Source: Paraspadella gotoi (lineage: Eukaryota > Animalia > Chaetognatha). Taken from it: a stretch of 64,000 nucleotides of DNA. The stretch lies in contig CM119266.1 of assembly GCA_051294375.1 (NCBI GenBank), forward strand, positions 25,588,736-25,652,735, given 5' to 3'. Below, one piece after another: positions 50,701 to 63,858 of this stretch (positions are counted from its first letter, which is position 1; every line of letters begins with the position of its first letter). The notes below the pieces were generated by a model, which saw nothing but the letters and a program-made list of their open reading frames with translations, did no database searches and was not told the DNA's origin. A program made the translations under genes and the position numbers.

Positions 50701-52714
50701 TGGTATTCAGAGATTGGGGCTAACTATGAAACTATATTCATAGAATTGTTTATTCAAAAAGTTTGTGGCTAGAACAATCTGGGCGAGCGCAGTGGAAAGC
50801 GTTTTTGTTCTCTGTGGCGCCATGATTTCGTGTAGATTTATGCCTGGCAGCTGCCTGCTCTTTGTTGCGCCGCGGGATGTGGCGTCTGCTAGAGAGTGCT
50901 TCTCGGTGTGAAGAGAGCGAAGTGGTGGTGTAATTTGATTGTGTTATCGCTGGTTTGCATCGTAGAACGTGTTTTTATAATGTTAAATCTACATACATAA
51001 AACTATTTAATTACAGAAAAGTTGACATTATGTGCGTGAAGATACCTTCGAATTAGTTTATCATAATGATTATATATATATATCTTTCTACGCATTCTGT
51101 AGATAGTCGACGCTATCGTAATAATTCAAGATAAATTTTTATTTTGGTATCCTCTCTCCCATTATCTGTCTTGTTATGTGGCTCCCATTGAAGAACACCG
51201 TCACAACTCGTGAAATACAACGTGGGAGAGATATCGATTGAATCATTTCAATGAGCGGAAATCTCGCGCTGTGATGAGATACTCGCATCAAACCAGATAG
51301 ACAAACTGTTGAGCTTCCTATTATGTTAGGGACACCTTACTTGTCTGTCTCTCTTCAATACACACATTCTCTCCTCCCCTAACAGGCGCTTAAATTCTTT
51401 TCTCTTATTTGTTTTTCCTCTTATACATACATACTCTATTTAGCTGCTCGGCTTAATCTGGCTCAATGTACTCGTCTGGTATTTTTTTTGTTAATGACCT
51501 TGAGCGTCCGTGCTAATCTTCATTAGGTCAATGTACCTATTCATTCACTACATCCTTCTGTTTTCTATCAGAACAACGAATCTCTGTGTCGCGTCAGTTG
51601 CGTTATAAATAGTCTGCTTCCTTACGTTTTCTCATGAAATTGGGTGACTATGTTCCAATTATATATCATATATATGTTTAAAAATGCATCATATAAGTTT
51701 GTTTTGCTCATTTATCACATCTCCTCAATTTTAATCTCTTTCTCTGTTGTTTAAAATCTTCTCTTTTTTTTTCCTGAGCTCCTTTTCTCTCATTTTTCCC
51801 CCTTTTTTTCCGAAAACTGGCGTCTGGCGGGTTGGATTGGAAACGACTCTAAGGGAAAGAAAAAGGGATGACAAAGTTGGCGATGACGAAAACGTTGAAG
51901 GCAATGTCGACTGTCGAGTGTAATCACTAATGACTTTTTCAATGTTCAATTGTTCATGTTAAGTAATAATAATAATAATATCGGAAAAAACAAAGAAGAT
52001 GTTGCTTCAAGGTTGACAACGACGACGACCTCGATGACAAGATTAACTTTACGTGTATACTTTGCTAAAACAACGCCCACGTGGAAAACAAAAATGAAAT
52101 AAATGTTGGAAAGAAAATCCACTGATGTGGACCAATTTTTATGACAATCTAGAATTTTTCTGAAGTTGTTTTAACCAAAAAAAAACAAAAAAAAAACAAC
52201 TAGAAGACTCGATTTTGTTACTATTTGTATTAAAAATCGTGATTAGGTTATCACAGTCGCTTTTTCTTCTCTCTCGAAAAAGTTAAACCGACACATCAGT
52301 TAAATGTTTGCGTGATCCGAATCTCCGGCCAGACAGAGAGACAAATAGAAAGACCGCCTCGCTAAATTCTCGACTCGAAAATAAAGAGAAAGCTCTCGGC
52401 TGCTGAAATATTCAAGGCGGAGGTCAGAAACTGACGCAAAGGAAGTTGAGAGAAACTGCTTTTGCCTGCTGGGCGCCATTTTGAAAAAGCAAAACTGCTA
52501 ATTTGAAATAAGACCTTTCTTTTGAACTCTCCAAAATTCTGTAAACGTGGACTTGCTTGGCTCGATCTCCCTTTTCAATGTCCCAAGCAGCTCGCTTTTC
52601 CCGCTCTTTTCTAATCCATTCCTTTTTTTCCCCAGCTGTCCATTTACCCGCAGTCCCCTTCGGCCCTCACCCACATTCATCCAGTCTTCCTACCCGCTCA
52701 TTTCACGTTCCGAC

Positions 52715-52970
52715 TTCTCATTGGTCAATCCCACCCTTTCTCCCTCTCCATCGTCATCCAAATCCTCCAATCAGGAATTGTTTTCTTCTCGGAGTTCGTT
52801 AAGCTTCTTTGGGGGGGGGAGGCGGGAAAAGAGGAGAAGAAAAGCAAAAAAGTATTTATGTGTCGGAGGGAGAAGGGCGTGGTTGCTAGGCAACGGCTCT
52901 GCCGTCGGTCAACGCGGTCTTGGTTTCGAGGGGGAAAAAGCAGGGACATTATTTTTTTTCCCCATTGGGG
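52715..52970. promoter_or_regulatory. Putative promoter: CCAAT boxes, GC/KLF box and RFX X-box
   Basis: ATTGG 52720, CCAATCAG 52767, GGGCGTGG overlapping GTTGCTAGGCAAC (52882-52894), ATTGG 52964. The X-box is retained in the other copy (48955-48967). Confidence 0.5.
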
Positions 52971-53586
52971 CGTGGAGCAGTGTGGCGGAGCGGATCGGCG
53001 TTTAGCGGCTGCGGCGCCTGTCGGCGGACGACGGCGGGCGTTGGCCGCGTCTGGTGAATTATCTTCGGCGCCGAACTTGGCCGAGTGAAAACCTCACTTC
53101 GACTCACTCACCCTTTCATCTCTGAGCGGGTTCATCTGACAGTCGGTCTCTCTATTTTTCCCTAATTTGGCGGCAAANNNNNNNNNNTAATTTGGCGGGC
53201 AAGAAAATTTAACCTCTTCACATATTCGGCGATTAGTGAACTATCACTATCAGATATCACTATCAGATATCACTATCAGCTGAACTCCATTTCCCCGCAG
53301 TTGTCCGTTACGCTTTCTTATTTTCGATGCGCGGGTGTGATCTAAAGCCCACTCATTTTCTTTTTTTTCGCGAACCCGCTTTCAGAAACGCTCATCAAGA
53401 TCATCATACTCGGAAATTCATTGCCAGGAAAATGAAGGGGAAAAAACAGAAAAAAAGAAAAGAAATGAAAGAAGGAAAAATTAGAAAAAGAAAATCGAAC
53501 CCGAGAAAAAGAAAAAAAAAGAAGAGAAACGAGAAAAAATAACCAAGAATACTTTTTTTCTCTACTGCGGTCGATTCAAGGCCGCA

Positions 53587-53664
<78 letters not shown>

Positions 53665-55718
53665 GTTTCTTGTGTTTGTTTATTGGTTCGCCGGTCGGAC
53701 GTTCCATCGGTAAACCAAGTTGCCCCGCCCAATCGCCCTTTGCCGCCCCGTCCCATTTTCCGCCCCCCTTTCCTTTCCCGCCCTCGCAACCTCGCCGGAC
53801 GTTGCCATATCGACGAGGGCATTTCGAAACGCCCTCTACTGTTCGCGCCATCAACAATTTCTCGTCAGTTCCCACCCCCTACAGTTACAGTCCGTTGCAA
53901 ATCTGGTTCTATGCCGAGATTCCGTTGATTGCTAACCAAGGTAGGTGAGCAGGTTAGCTGAACCGTCCCAAGCTTTGCTTACTGCCCTTACCTTTGCTTC
54001 AGGTAGGAATTTTTTCGCTTCCATTAACTCCCATTTTCCAAACTTATCCTAAGACTTACTGCTCAGACTTCGCAGCCCCAACATTCCATTATTTCGCATT
54101 ATTTCTCTCACAATTTTTCTCCCGCCAAAAACTCCAACCCACCTCATCCAAGCAACGACACCTCGCCCAATCCCCCCCCCCGCTAACCCTCTTCGTAAAA
54201 GTGGCCAATGGGAATGGATTTTCCGGCAGAAAGACAAATATGGCGGACGTTAATCAGCGTCATAACCTAATCACGACCGAGTCCGCGAAACGTCGGTCAC
54301 TTTGCCGCAGGAAAAGTTGCGGCAGAGTTGCGGCAGAGGGAGTTTCGGCAGGGAAAGATAATCCAGCGAGGTTTGCGGCAGAGGTTGTGGCAGTGAAAGA
54401 TGCGTTGAGTCTCGCGCCATCGATCGTTTCGGGATTTTGCGGCAGCTGCTGCTCCTGTTGCGCCGGGACTGGCGCTGCCGCCGCGTTGCCTTTTCCGTTG
54501 AAAGAGCGAATTGTAAATTTGTTTTTCGTCGAGTTTTTAAAATGTAAATCACTCGGCACTATTTACAGAGTTGATATTGTAGATCCTCGAATATTTTTAA
54601 ATTTATTTTAATCACATTTGTGACACTTGAGTCAAAGGTAAAATTAAGCGGAGTTGCAAAATCGATTGTCGAAATTCTTTACGCACTTTCATTAACATTA
54701 ATTCGCTCAAAAACGATCGAAAAAAAACTAGCTGTGAGAAGATTAAGAATAAAAAACTTATTTTTTTTCATTCGTGTCTTTTAAAATGTGGACGCTTAAT
54801 TTTTTTTTTTATTTTGTCGATTATTTTATTTCAATTTTCTTCTTCGTTTAAAGAAAGACATTTCATCTCGTAACAAATATGATAAATTGTGTATAAGGGA
54901 GAGTTAATATTTTATTTGGTTAGAGATGTATACCTTGCCAGAAAATTTTAAGTTTGTGATCCAGCTTAGTAGTAGGGCTCAAAACGATCTTTATACATGC
55001 GCGGATGTTTTACAATATTCCTTTTTTAAAAAAAAAATTATGGGAAAAGCTACCAACTTTTCAAAAAATGCTGAAAAGCTGAAAAATTAGGGTATTTCTT
55101 AGATATCTCAAAGGGCATTAAGAATATTCAAAGGAAACTAGTTTTAAGCATTAAAGTCAAAAAAACTGTACATGTTGGACACCTTACTTGATAAATTAAG
55201 TGAATTTTTTTATTCAATGGATATTTTTTAATGATCGATGTTTCATATTTTGCATCAAAAAATCTTATAAAAGGGTTATTTTTTATATTTTTTAAAGAGC
55301 TTGCTTTGTCAATTTAGGTAACTCTTTATAAAAAGATAATTTGCTAATTATTGGTTTATGAATTATATTTTTTTTAAATTAAAAAATATATTCAAAAAAG
55401 TTATTTTTTTGACTATAAACTATATAAGCTGCAGCAATCATACATACAGACTTGAAAGAAAAACCAGTCCAACTAACAGATTCGCTTTAAAAAATCAGTT
55501 CCACTAATAATGTTCCTAATAATGTTTCAGTAGCCAAGCCTATTGCGCTCGTCTCTTTTTTTGCGCCAACATCCTCCCTCCTGTTTTCGCAACGAAACAT
55601 TGCAAGAGTCGCCTTAGCGCAACTCGATGCACAGTGATCATCCCCCCATCCCATCCTTGTTCTACTCCCAACTCACGCAACACTCTCTTTTCTCGCCCGG
55701 TTCCAGTCAGGCAAGTTT

Positions 55719-55753
<35 letters not shown>

Positions 55754-56753
55754 NNNNNNNNNNNNNNNNNNNNNNNNNNNNNNNNNNNNNNNNNNNNNNN
55801 NNNNNNNNNNNNNNNNNNNNNNNNNNNNNNNNNNNNNNNNNNNNNNNNNNNNNNNNNNNNNNNNNNNNNNNNNNNNNNNNNNNNNNNNNNNNNNNNNNNN
55901 NNNNNNNNNNNNNNNNNNNNNNNNNNNNNNNNNNNNAGAGGAGGAGGAAGAGGAAGAGGAGGAGGAGAACTTTAACGAGGAGAAGTGAATAGGACCAGAG
56001 AGAAAGTGAATAAACAATCTCGAAAAAATCGATGAGCTCAAATTCTCAATTTTTCAAGAGAGGCACGAGAATAAAATGAATTAAATGAAAAAAAAGGGAG
56101 ATAATAGTAAATGATGAATAATAAAAAAATAAAACAAACATATAGAAACATGGAAACAATAGAAATACATAGAAACATGTAAACAATACAAATTTTTTTT
56201 CTTCTTTAATAGTGGTTCGGACAATTAGCTCATTTTCGCTACACGTGAAAGTAATACAAATCATTATTTCAAAGTTTCAAACTTTCACTCGAATTCGAAA
56301 ATTGGGGANNNNNNNNNNNNNNNNNNNNNNNNNNNNNNNNNNNNNNNNNNNNNNNNNNNNNNNNNNNNNNNNNNNNNNNNNNNNNNNNNNNNNNNNNNNN
56401 NNNNNNNNNNNNNNNNNNNNNNNNNNNNNNNNNNNNNNNNNNNNNNNNNNNNNAGAGAGAGAGAGAGAGAGAGAGAGAAGAATAGGGAGTGGAAAAGGAA
56501 GAAATAGATAGAGAGAGTGAAAAACGGTTTATAACCGGTATATAGAAAGACTGATAGGCGAAAAAAGGGGCTGGATGGACAGCAAAAAAGAGAGAGGGAG
56601 AGAGAGAATTTTTCTGTCAAAGTTTAGTGATTTATGGTGAAAAAATTCCCGCGGGAGAAGAGAGAAAAAAAGTCTCGAGTCGAAGCTAAGCGCCAAGTAA
56701 AATTGTTTTCTCTTAAGGCACAACTGAATGAGACGGCCTGTGAAGGAGAGGGT

Positions 56754-56796
<43 letters not shown>

Positions 56797-57445
56797 GTAT
56801 GAGAAGACAGAGAGAGAGAGGGAGAGAGAGAGCGGTTTTGTTTGTACCAAATTTTTTTTTCAAGAAGTGTATTTTAAAAGCGAGTGTATTTTTTTGGTCT
56901 CTTAAAGAAGCAAAGAATATTGGGTAGTCCCCGCAATAAAAAAAAAGAAAGAGCCCAGGAAAAAAATATTTGCAGAATAGAGACTTTGTTGAACTACAAT
57001 TTACAATCTTTGCATTAGCAATTGCGCAAAGTGTAGAAACTTTTGCGGTAAAATGTGACATAGAAAATGATGACACCCTAATGATGCAATAACATAATCA
57101 TGCCAATACACAATAACATTAAATTGACAGACAAGACTGAAAATGACATTACCGACATAATCTAAATGACCGACGTGACTTAATAAGATACGCAATTGAG
57201 AATATAAAGTAAAATAGTATGTGTAAAAAGTGTATTATGTAAGATTTATATAAAAGACAAAAAGACAAAAAATACCAGAACAGAGCAACAAAGAAAGTGT
57301 TTGCGAAATACGTAACAAACAAAATCGTGTTTCGGATGAATATTATCAAAGTCGCAAACTGACAAAACGATCCTGAAGGACCTGAACAATCGAACTTGTC
57401 GACCTTTACAGCGTATTGATTCTGGATATCAGATTGCATATTCGT

Positions 57446-57495
<50 letters not shown>

Positions 57496-58129
57496 CTTTT
57501 AATTTGCGAGAAACAGAAATGACAACTTTTTCATCCAATTTAATTGAGTCTTTTGATCTGTTTTCAGCTTCAACCGAAATTCTTGCCAGTCTCTCTATCT
57601 CTATCCCTTTCTCTCTCTCTATCTATATCCCTATCTCTATCCCAATGTCTATCCATATCTACCTCCGCCTCTCACGAATCTCTATCCGTCATCCTCGATT
57701 TCTTCTTTTCTCGACGAAAACAAAACTTTGGCCAAATCGAGCGTTCGAGTGAGATCGAGGGTCGTGACACGTGAAGCGTGACACGTGACACGCGACACGC
57801 GACACGCGAGGTCGTTCGGTCGAAGCGTCAAACCACGGTGCCGTTCACGTCAAGGGCGGAAGTGGAGTCAAACGAAAGTGAGTATAAAGAATAAATAAAA
57901 AAAGAAGAACGAGGTATATATAAGAACGAGGTGTATAGAATGGAAAAAAGGAAACAAAAGAAAAAAAAGGAAAAAAGGGAAAAAAGAAGGAAAAATACTA
58001 AAGTCGTAATTCTACTTTTGTCGGTGGCGACGCCTTTTCCACGCGACGTCGAAACGGGCGGATCGTATTTCTCTATCTCGATTCATCTCTCTCTCTCTCT
58101 CTTCTCTCTCTCTCTTCTCTCTCTCTTCT

Positions 58130-58173
<44 letters not shown>

Positions 58174-58254
58174 ACCATATAAACGACCACAGGCTTCTTT
58201 GCCATTCCCGCTCATTCGAAATCGTTAGTTCGCTATAAAAAGACGGCTACTTAC

Positions 58255-58344
58255 CTTTTGCACTTACCTTTTGGCGCCAAACGGCTGTTTTTCTGTCTTC
58301 CGCATCTTTAGGAACCGAATGGTTGGTGAAGACGAGGGACGAAT
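58255..58344 (-). CDS. Tentative internal exon (SSLVFTNHSVPKDAEDRKTAVWRQK[VSAK]) with two tandem donors
   Basis: GATTTACAG| acceptor; AAAAG|GTAAGT occurs at both 58268 and 58255; frame open. Confidence 0.4.
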
Positions 58345-58879
58345 CTGTAAATCGACGACGACGACGACGAATGTTAACTATTTTTTAGGATTTTGACTTT
58401 GTTTCATCCATATCTCACGCGAACTAAGTTACGCTGGTCATCGTTTCACATTTTAAACGAAGCAAGCACATCAATAATGTCGTCTCAAAAGCAATTTGGC
58501 TAAACAAGCAATGGATACATTTTAAACCCTGACCGCATCGATGACAACGAGTAGCAAATGTTGATTCATATACACTGAATTAATTTATCTGTTCTGTTAT
58601 CATGGGAATTAATAAGAATTTTAGCTTTCAGGATTTTTTTTTTTACGTATTTAACCCAAACCTGTCAAATGTGAATTTTTTTCAAAATCCGAGGACTCCA
58701 AACAAATCGATCTCTCGCTTCGCTGGGCCTTCACATCCAACGACGCCCCATTTTTCCCGCCGAAATTCAATTCGGAAAGATTTTCACGTCCGACACCTTC
58801 GAAGCGTCTCGTTTCTCTTTCTATCATAGCGAGAGAGAGAGAGAGAGAGAGAGANNNNNNNNNNNNNNNNNNNNNNNNN

Positions 58880-61800
58880 GAAGATATATCATCGAGAACA
58901 AAAACAAAGGCACCAGAAAGAAACGAGTAGCACGAGATGGCAGGAAATAGAGAAAAAAAGAGCACGAGATAAGAGAGAGGAGAGTAGACGATTTATATCC
59001 GACAAGAGCAGGGACCGCGATCTGATCATTATCTCGCACAGCACTGTTTCGCGCATGCGATCAAACTGTGTGCGTCACTGTATGGCGCATGTCCGCGGCG
59101 ATTGATTCGCGTCTTTCCTTTTTTCCTGCGAACCCGAACATTTGCCTGAGGCGAATTTTTTAGAGATGTGATCAACCTTGGCAAATTGTTAAAATGGGCC
59201 GTGCAACACTCGGCGCCCTCCTTCAACATTCCAATCCCTCTCTCTCTCTCATCTCTCTCTTCTGGCGGAATGGAGATGTCTGACGGTCGCGGGCTTTCTC
59301 CTATCGCCATTCTTAACCTCCGGACGACTTTTTGCCCCGGTACCTGCACACACGATTTCCTGCGAATTCCCCGCTCTCCCGTCTCCCTCCTTCAGTGGTT
59401 CATAGTCTCTCTCCGCTGTCTTGCCTCCTCCACCTTTCTACATTTTTCCTTCGTCCCGTCTACATCCTTCCTGTTCTACATCGTCTCCTTTTCTTCTCAA
59501 TCTTGTTATCTCTTCATTTTTTGTATCTTTCGTTTTCTGCTTGCCACGGACTATTTTAGGAACGTTTGCTTTTTAATTTTTGTATGATAAATCTTTGTTT
59601 TTATCGTGTGTTGAGTGTATTCGTGAGCTTATATCTTTACTGTCGTTAGTCTCTGTCTTTACTTCTCATGTAGTTTTATCGTGTGTGTGACTCGCCGAGT
59701 CTATATTCTTTTCTCTTCCCCCGTAAAGTTTTTTTCACTTTGCCCTTCCGCTCCACCTTCTTTTTTTCTTATACTCTTTCTCCTCGCACTTCTAAGCGCT
59801 ACTGCTTTCTCCTCTTTTGTTCCTTTTTTCCCTACCCTCTTTTTTCTTTTTTTGGGCCCTATTTTCTCCTTCTTCTGCGTCTTTTTCTCCTCATCTCTCC
59901 TCTTTTATCTACTGGCATATACTCCCTTTGTTTTCTTCTCCCTATCTCTCCTTCTTCTCCATTCTCATCTCTCCCGTCTCTGCGCATACACTTCCTCTCT
60001 CCTTCCAATCTAATGCACTACAAGTATTTCTTCGCTTCCTTAGCTTAAATTTGGCGCCAAGCATTTCGCCGCCCTTTTCTCTCCGTTCTTCCTCATTTCG
60101 CACTCCTACTTTCTTAGTTCTACCTCAGACTATATTCTCACTTTCTTCCTTCTATCTCCCATCTCTTCTGCTTTATTACTTCCTTCCACTCCACCTCCGC
60201 TTCTCTCTTCATCTCCACTTTCCCGCTTTCCCTTCATATTTCCTTACGTCTTCTCTCTGCTTTCTCTCTTTCGATTGTTCCGCACATTTCCTTCCGAGCC
60301 GTTATCATCTTTCTTAGCTGTCCGACTCCGCACTTCCGCGGTCACATGCATTTTCTTCGATTTTCTCGCCTCCTCTACAGGCTTCTCTTTATCTCTCCAC
60401 TTTCCCTCGTGCTTTCTTCATTCTCCTCTAGCATTCTGAGCTTTTTATCCCACACTTCCGCTCATCTTTTTTCCACATCCCGCTTCTTATTGCCTGCCCA
60501 CTTCCTTGTCGCTTTAAGATTACAGTGCATCACTCTCTGTCTCTCCTTCAGCTTTTCTTCTTGTCCACCTCCGGCATTTTCTGTTTCCGCCTCTCTTCGT
60601 CACGTGCGTAGACTAGGACCTCGCTTTGCGTGAGCTTGACGCCACCATCGACAGCGTCCTTTTACATTCGTGCGTCACGCTCGCGAGCGTTCGGTCGTTC
60701 GAGCGCGCTTTTTCTGCGGCCGTTCGCTTCAGTCGCGCTCTCGTCCGTCCGCTTTCTTATTTCCATTCGCCTCCGATCCTTGATTATTCACTCCATCATC
60801 CACATTCCTTATTATCCACTTGCCAGACTATTTCTTACTTCCTCTAGCACTTCTGCTTTCTTATGTATCTCCCTTTCCCGCTTTCCTTATTTCCCCTACT
60901 ACTTTTCTCTTTTTCTTACTCTCCCCACCTTCCCTGCTTTTTTCTCTGACTATTCCCACGTCACCAGCACCTCGTCCTAAATATATCGTCCCACAACGCA
61001 AGCATTATATAAATTCATATTTGTGTCAGTATTCGCGCTTTCTATTCGCTACGCTCTACTCTTCCGTTTTCTCTTATTTCCAACTTACACTGGCGTTTAT
61101 TACCTTCTCTTCCGCGCGTCCTTTTCATCCGTCTTTCTTCTCTCATTTCCACTTCCGTCTTCTTCTTACTTCCTCTTCTCCGCTCCTTCGTTTCTTTTGT
61201 TTACTACTCCCTCCCTCTTTGTTTTTTAATTTCAGCTTATAATTGTTATCCATTTACTATCCCCTACTCCCTCCTTCATTCATTACTTCTGCATTACACG
61301 GATATTCCTCTATTCCGCTTTCTCTAAGATTTCACCATAATCACTGACTCCTCTCTTCCTGTCCTCAATCAATCTCTCCTCTCTCATATCTCTCTCTCAT
61401 CTCTCCTCCCGTCTCTCATTTCTTCTCATATCTCTCAAATTCGTTTACGATAGAGAGTAAAGACCGCGGCCCAATTTCGCATCGGTACCTCTTCGGAGAA
61501 TTTGTTGTTATTTTTGTTTTTCGAGTCTCTTTCTTTTTTTTTTTTCCTTCATCTTTTCTTACTTTTTCTCTCTTCTGCTATTCTCTCCCTCTCCCTCTCT
61601 TTCTCACTTCTCGACCTTTTTCTTATATTCAGCTATTTCTCCTTGTGTTTATCATATTCTGTCTTCCTTCTTTGCCTCCCATCCGCCATCTCTCTCTGAG
61701 ATATGTGATGTGTGACATAATAATCTCTAGATATTATTTCTTCTATGAGTGGTTATCTCTAGTTCAATTTGCGTCTTTACTCTTTTTCCTGTCTTGCTTG

Positions 61801-62560
61801 TGTTTGCGAGCTCCGATCAAGTTTCCGTACAAGCAGAGAAGAGAGTAGCAAGAGGGATTGAGAAGAGTAGAGAGAAGATAGAGGAGAGTAGGTAGAGAGT
61901 GCAGAGCTAGAATGTAGCCAGAGTAAGTTCTAGAGAGAGATATTCAAACCCTGTTTCTAATTTACCTATATTTTTCTTAAACCTCATTTTCATTGCTGAT
62001 TCTTTCGCCATTGTTACGGTATTCGTCTTTTTTTATAAAGTGAGGTCAACTCAGGATTCGCCGGGAAAGACTATAAGTATCGGGAAGGTTATTCATAGAT
62101 GGGAATAAAGGAAGAAAGGAATAAACTAATGTTATGGAAGCCTATTTATTGTTTTTTTGAGCTCGACAACCTTTAAATGCCCCTTGTTTCGTTAATTCGT
62201 CACTTAATCTTTCCTTATTAATTTTTATAGTTTTTAAATCTTGCAATTATAATTCTTATCTTGTCTACATATTTAAAAAAATTCGAAAGGAATGTTAAAA
62301 TATAAAAATTACGTATCCAACTAAGTACATTTGGATATTTTTGAAGAGAGAGGTTACAAAATCGCACCTTACAAATAATGTACTATAGACCCGGGGACAA
62401 GATCAATAGAATTCCAAAAGAAGTACAAAGAATGAAATCAGATCTATAAACAAACGATTACAGACCTGACAAATAGATACAGAAAAAAATCACGAAAAAT
62501 GATATATCTATCTTTGAGGTTAATTTACGAAACTGAATATTATTTCGATGATACAAAAAC
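58880..62560 (+). repeat. Second copy of the block (to 61430), continuing as a very noisy version of 45465-46130
   Basis: Matches to 61430, then CTCTCAAATTCGTTTACGATAGAGAGTAAAGAC resembles 45465 CTCTCAAATTCGATTACGATAGAGAGTAAGAC with many insertions. Confidence 0.9.
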
Positions 62561-63456
62561 AAGAATCCGAGAGAGCGAGCGCTAGCAACAGCCTCAGATA
62601 GAAAAAAATGCCCCGATACGAGTAATGCATTCACTGTCGGTCTCCTCTTTCCCCTCCAATCGTATCACATCAAAGAAAATCGTGAATTCCCCCAGCCCAC
62701 CCGCCCCATAAATAATATCTCATTTTCCTTTCCTCCTCCGTACAATGCTAGTAAATATAGACCTATCTCTCTCTATCTCCCTCTCCGGGCATTCCTTCTT
62801 CTTCTCGAGCTTATGTTTTGACGCGTTAATACATGATTCCACCCTCCTTCCTCTCTCCTCTTCTAATCCACAGCCTTCTCGTCATCTCACAAGTCTATCA
62901 TACTCATCATAACAAAGATCACTCTCTCTCTCTCTCCATGCCAGATGCTGCCGTCCACCTGCGAACCGAATGAAGAAGCGGACGAGACGAAGAGAGGCGA
63001 AAAAAAAAAGAATTCGTATTCGCGTTAATGATGGGTAGGAGGAAGCGAGACGGTCTTCTGTCTCTGTCTCTCTCTCTCTTCTCCTTCCTCTCGACTCTCC
63101 TCTCTCTCTCTAATCGTCTCTCTCATCTCATCTCATCTCTCTTCCGTTCTCTCGGAAAAGAGAGACCGACAGGGAATGAGCTCGTTATTCGGGGAAAGGC
63201 TGTTCGTTTGTTCGTTAGTTTATTTGTTTGTTCGTTTGTTTGTTCGTTTGTTAGTTTCGTGTTGTCCTATTTTTATTTTAAAACCAAATCTTCCTTTTAA
63301 CATTCCTTTTTTTTTTGGTTATAATTCTTTTTTGCCTTTCATTCTTCCATCATTTTTATTCCTTTCTTCCTTTATTCCCATCTTTCCTCTTTTTTCCCTC
63401 TGTCCTCCTTAAAACGAATCCGTCCGTCCAGGGATTATAAATAGAAACAGGGTTTG

Positions 63457-63491
<35 letters not shown>

Positions 63492-63858
63492 NNNNNNNNN
63501 NNNNNNNNNNNNNNNNNNNNNNNNNNNNNNNNNNNNNNNNNNNNNNNNNNNNNNNNNNNNNNNNNNNNNNNNNNNNNNNNNNNNNNNNNNNNNNNNNNNN
63601 NNNNNNNNNNNNNNNNNNNNNNNNNNNNNNNNNNNNNNNNNNNNNNGTTATTCCCTCCTCTCGGAGATGGCGAGGAGGCAAAAGGAGGGATGTAAACCCG
63701 GATGTGATTAAGAAAGGGCGAAAGAGAGGAGGGATGGGAGTGTGATATGTGAATCTAAAAGCGGAATAGAGAATACCTAAGCAAAAGAAGAATAAAGGGG
63801 AAGTAGATAAATATAAGCGAAATTAAAAAACAAAGAGGGGGAGTGGAAACAAAAAACG

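Larger units (their letters stand above)
46960..54300 (+). repeat. Tandem haplotype-like duplication: ~46960-50530 (noisier, decaying further to ~51700) vs ~51755-54300
   Basis: Colinear matches such as CCGAAAAACTGGCGTCTGGCGGGTTGGATTG and CAAACTTATCCTAAGACTTACTGCTCAGACT in both copies. Confidence 0.9.

Noticed and set aside
50530-51720. Apparently unique, complex sequence suggesting a foreign insert
   Set aside because: It retains scattered matches to 54300-54600 (e.g. GGCAGCTGCCTGCTC, AAGAGAGCGAA), consistent with the decaying tail of a poor read
53994-54611. 205-aa plus-strand ORF and antisense 99-aa ORF
   Set aside because: Non-ATG starts as listed, both strands open, and no recognisable domain; kept only as a candidate exon near the putative promoter
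206-63711. Most listed ORFs with poly-ER, LS, M, I, S, D or R tracts, or with X runs
   Set aside because: They are translations of microsatellites or N gaps, with no codon bias or domain signal
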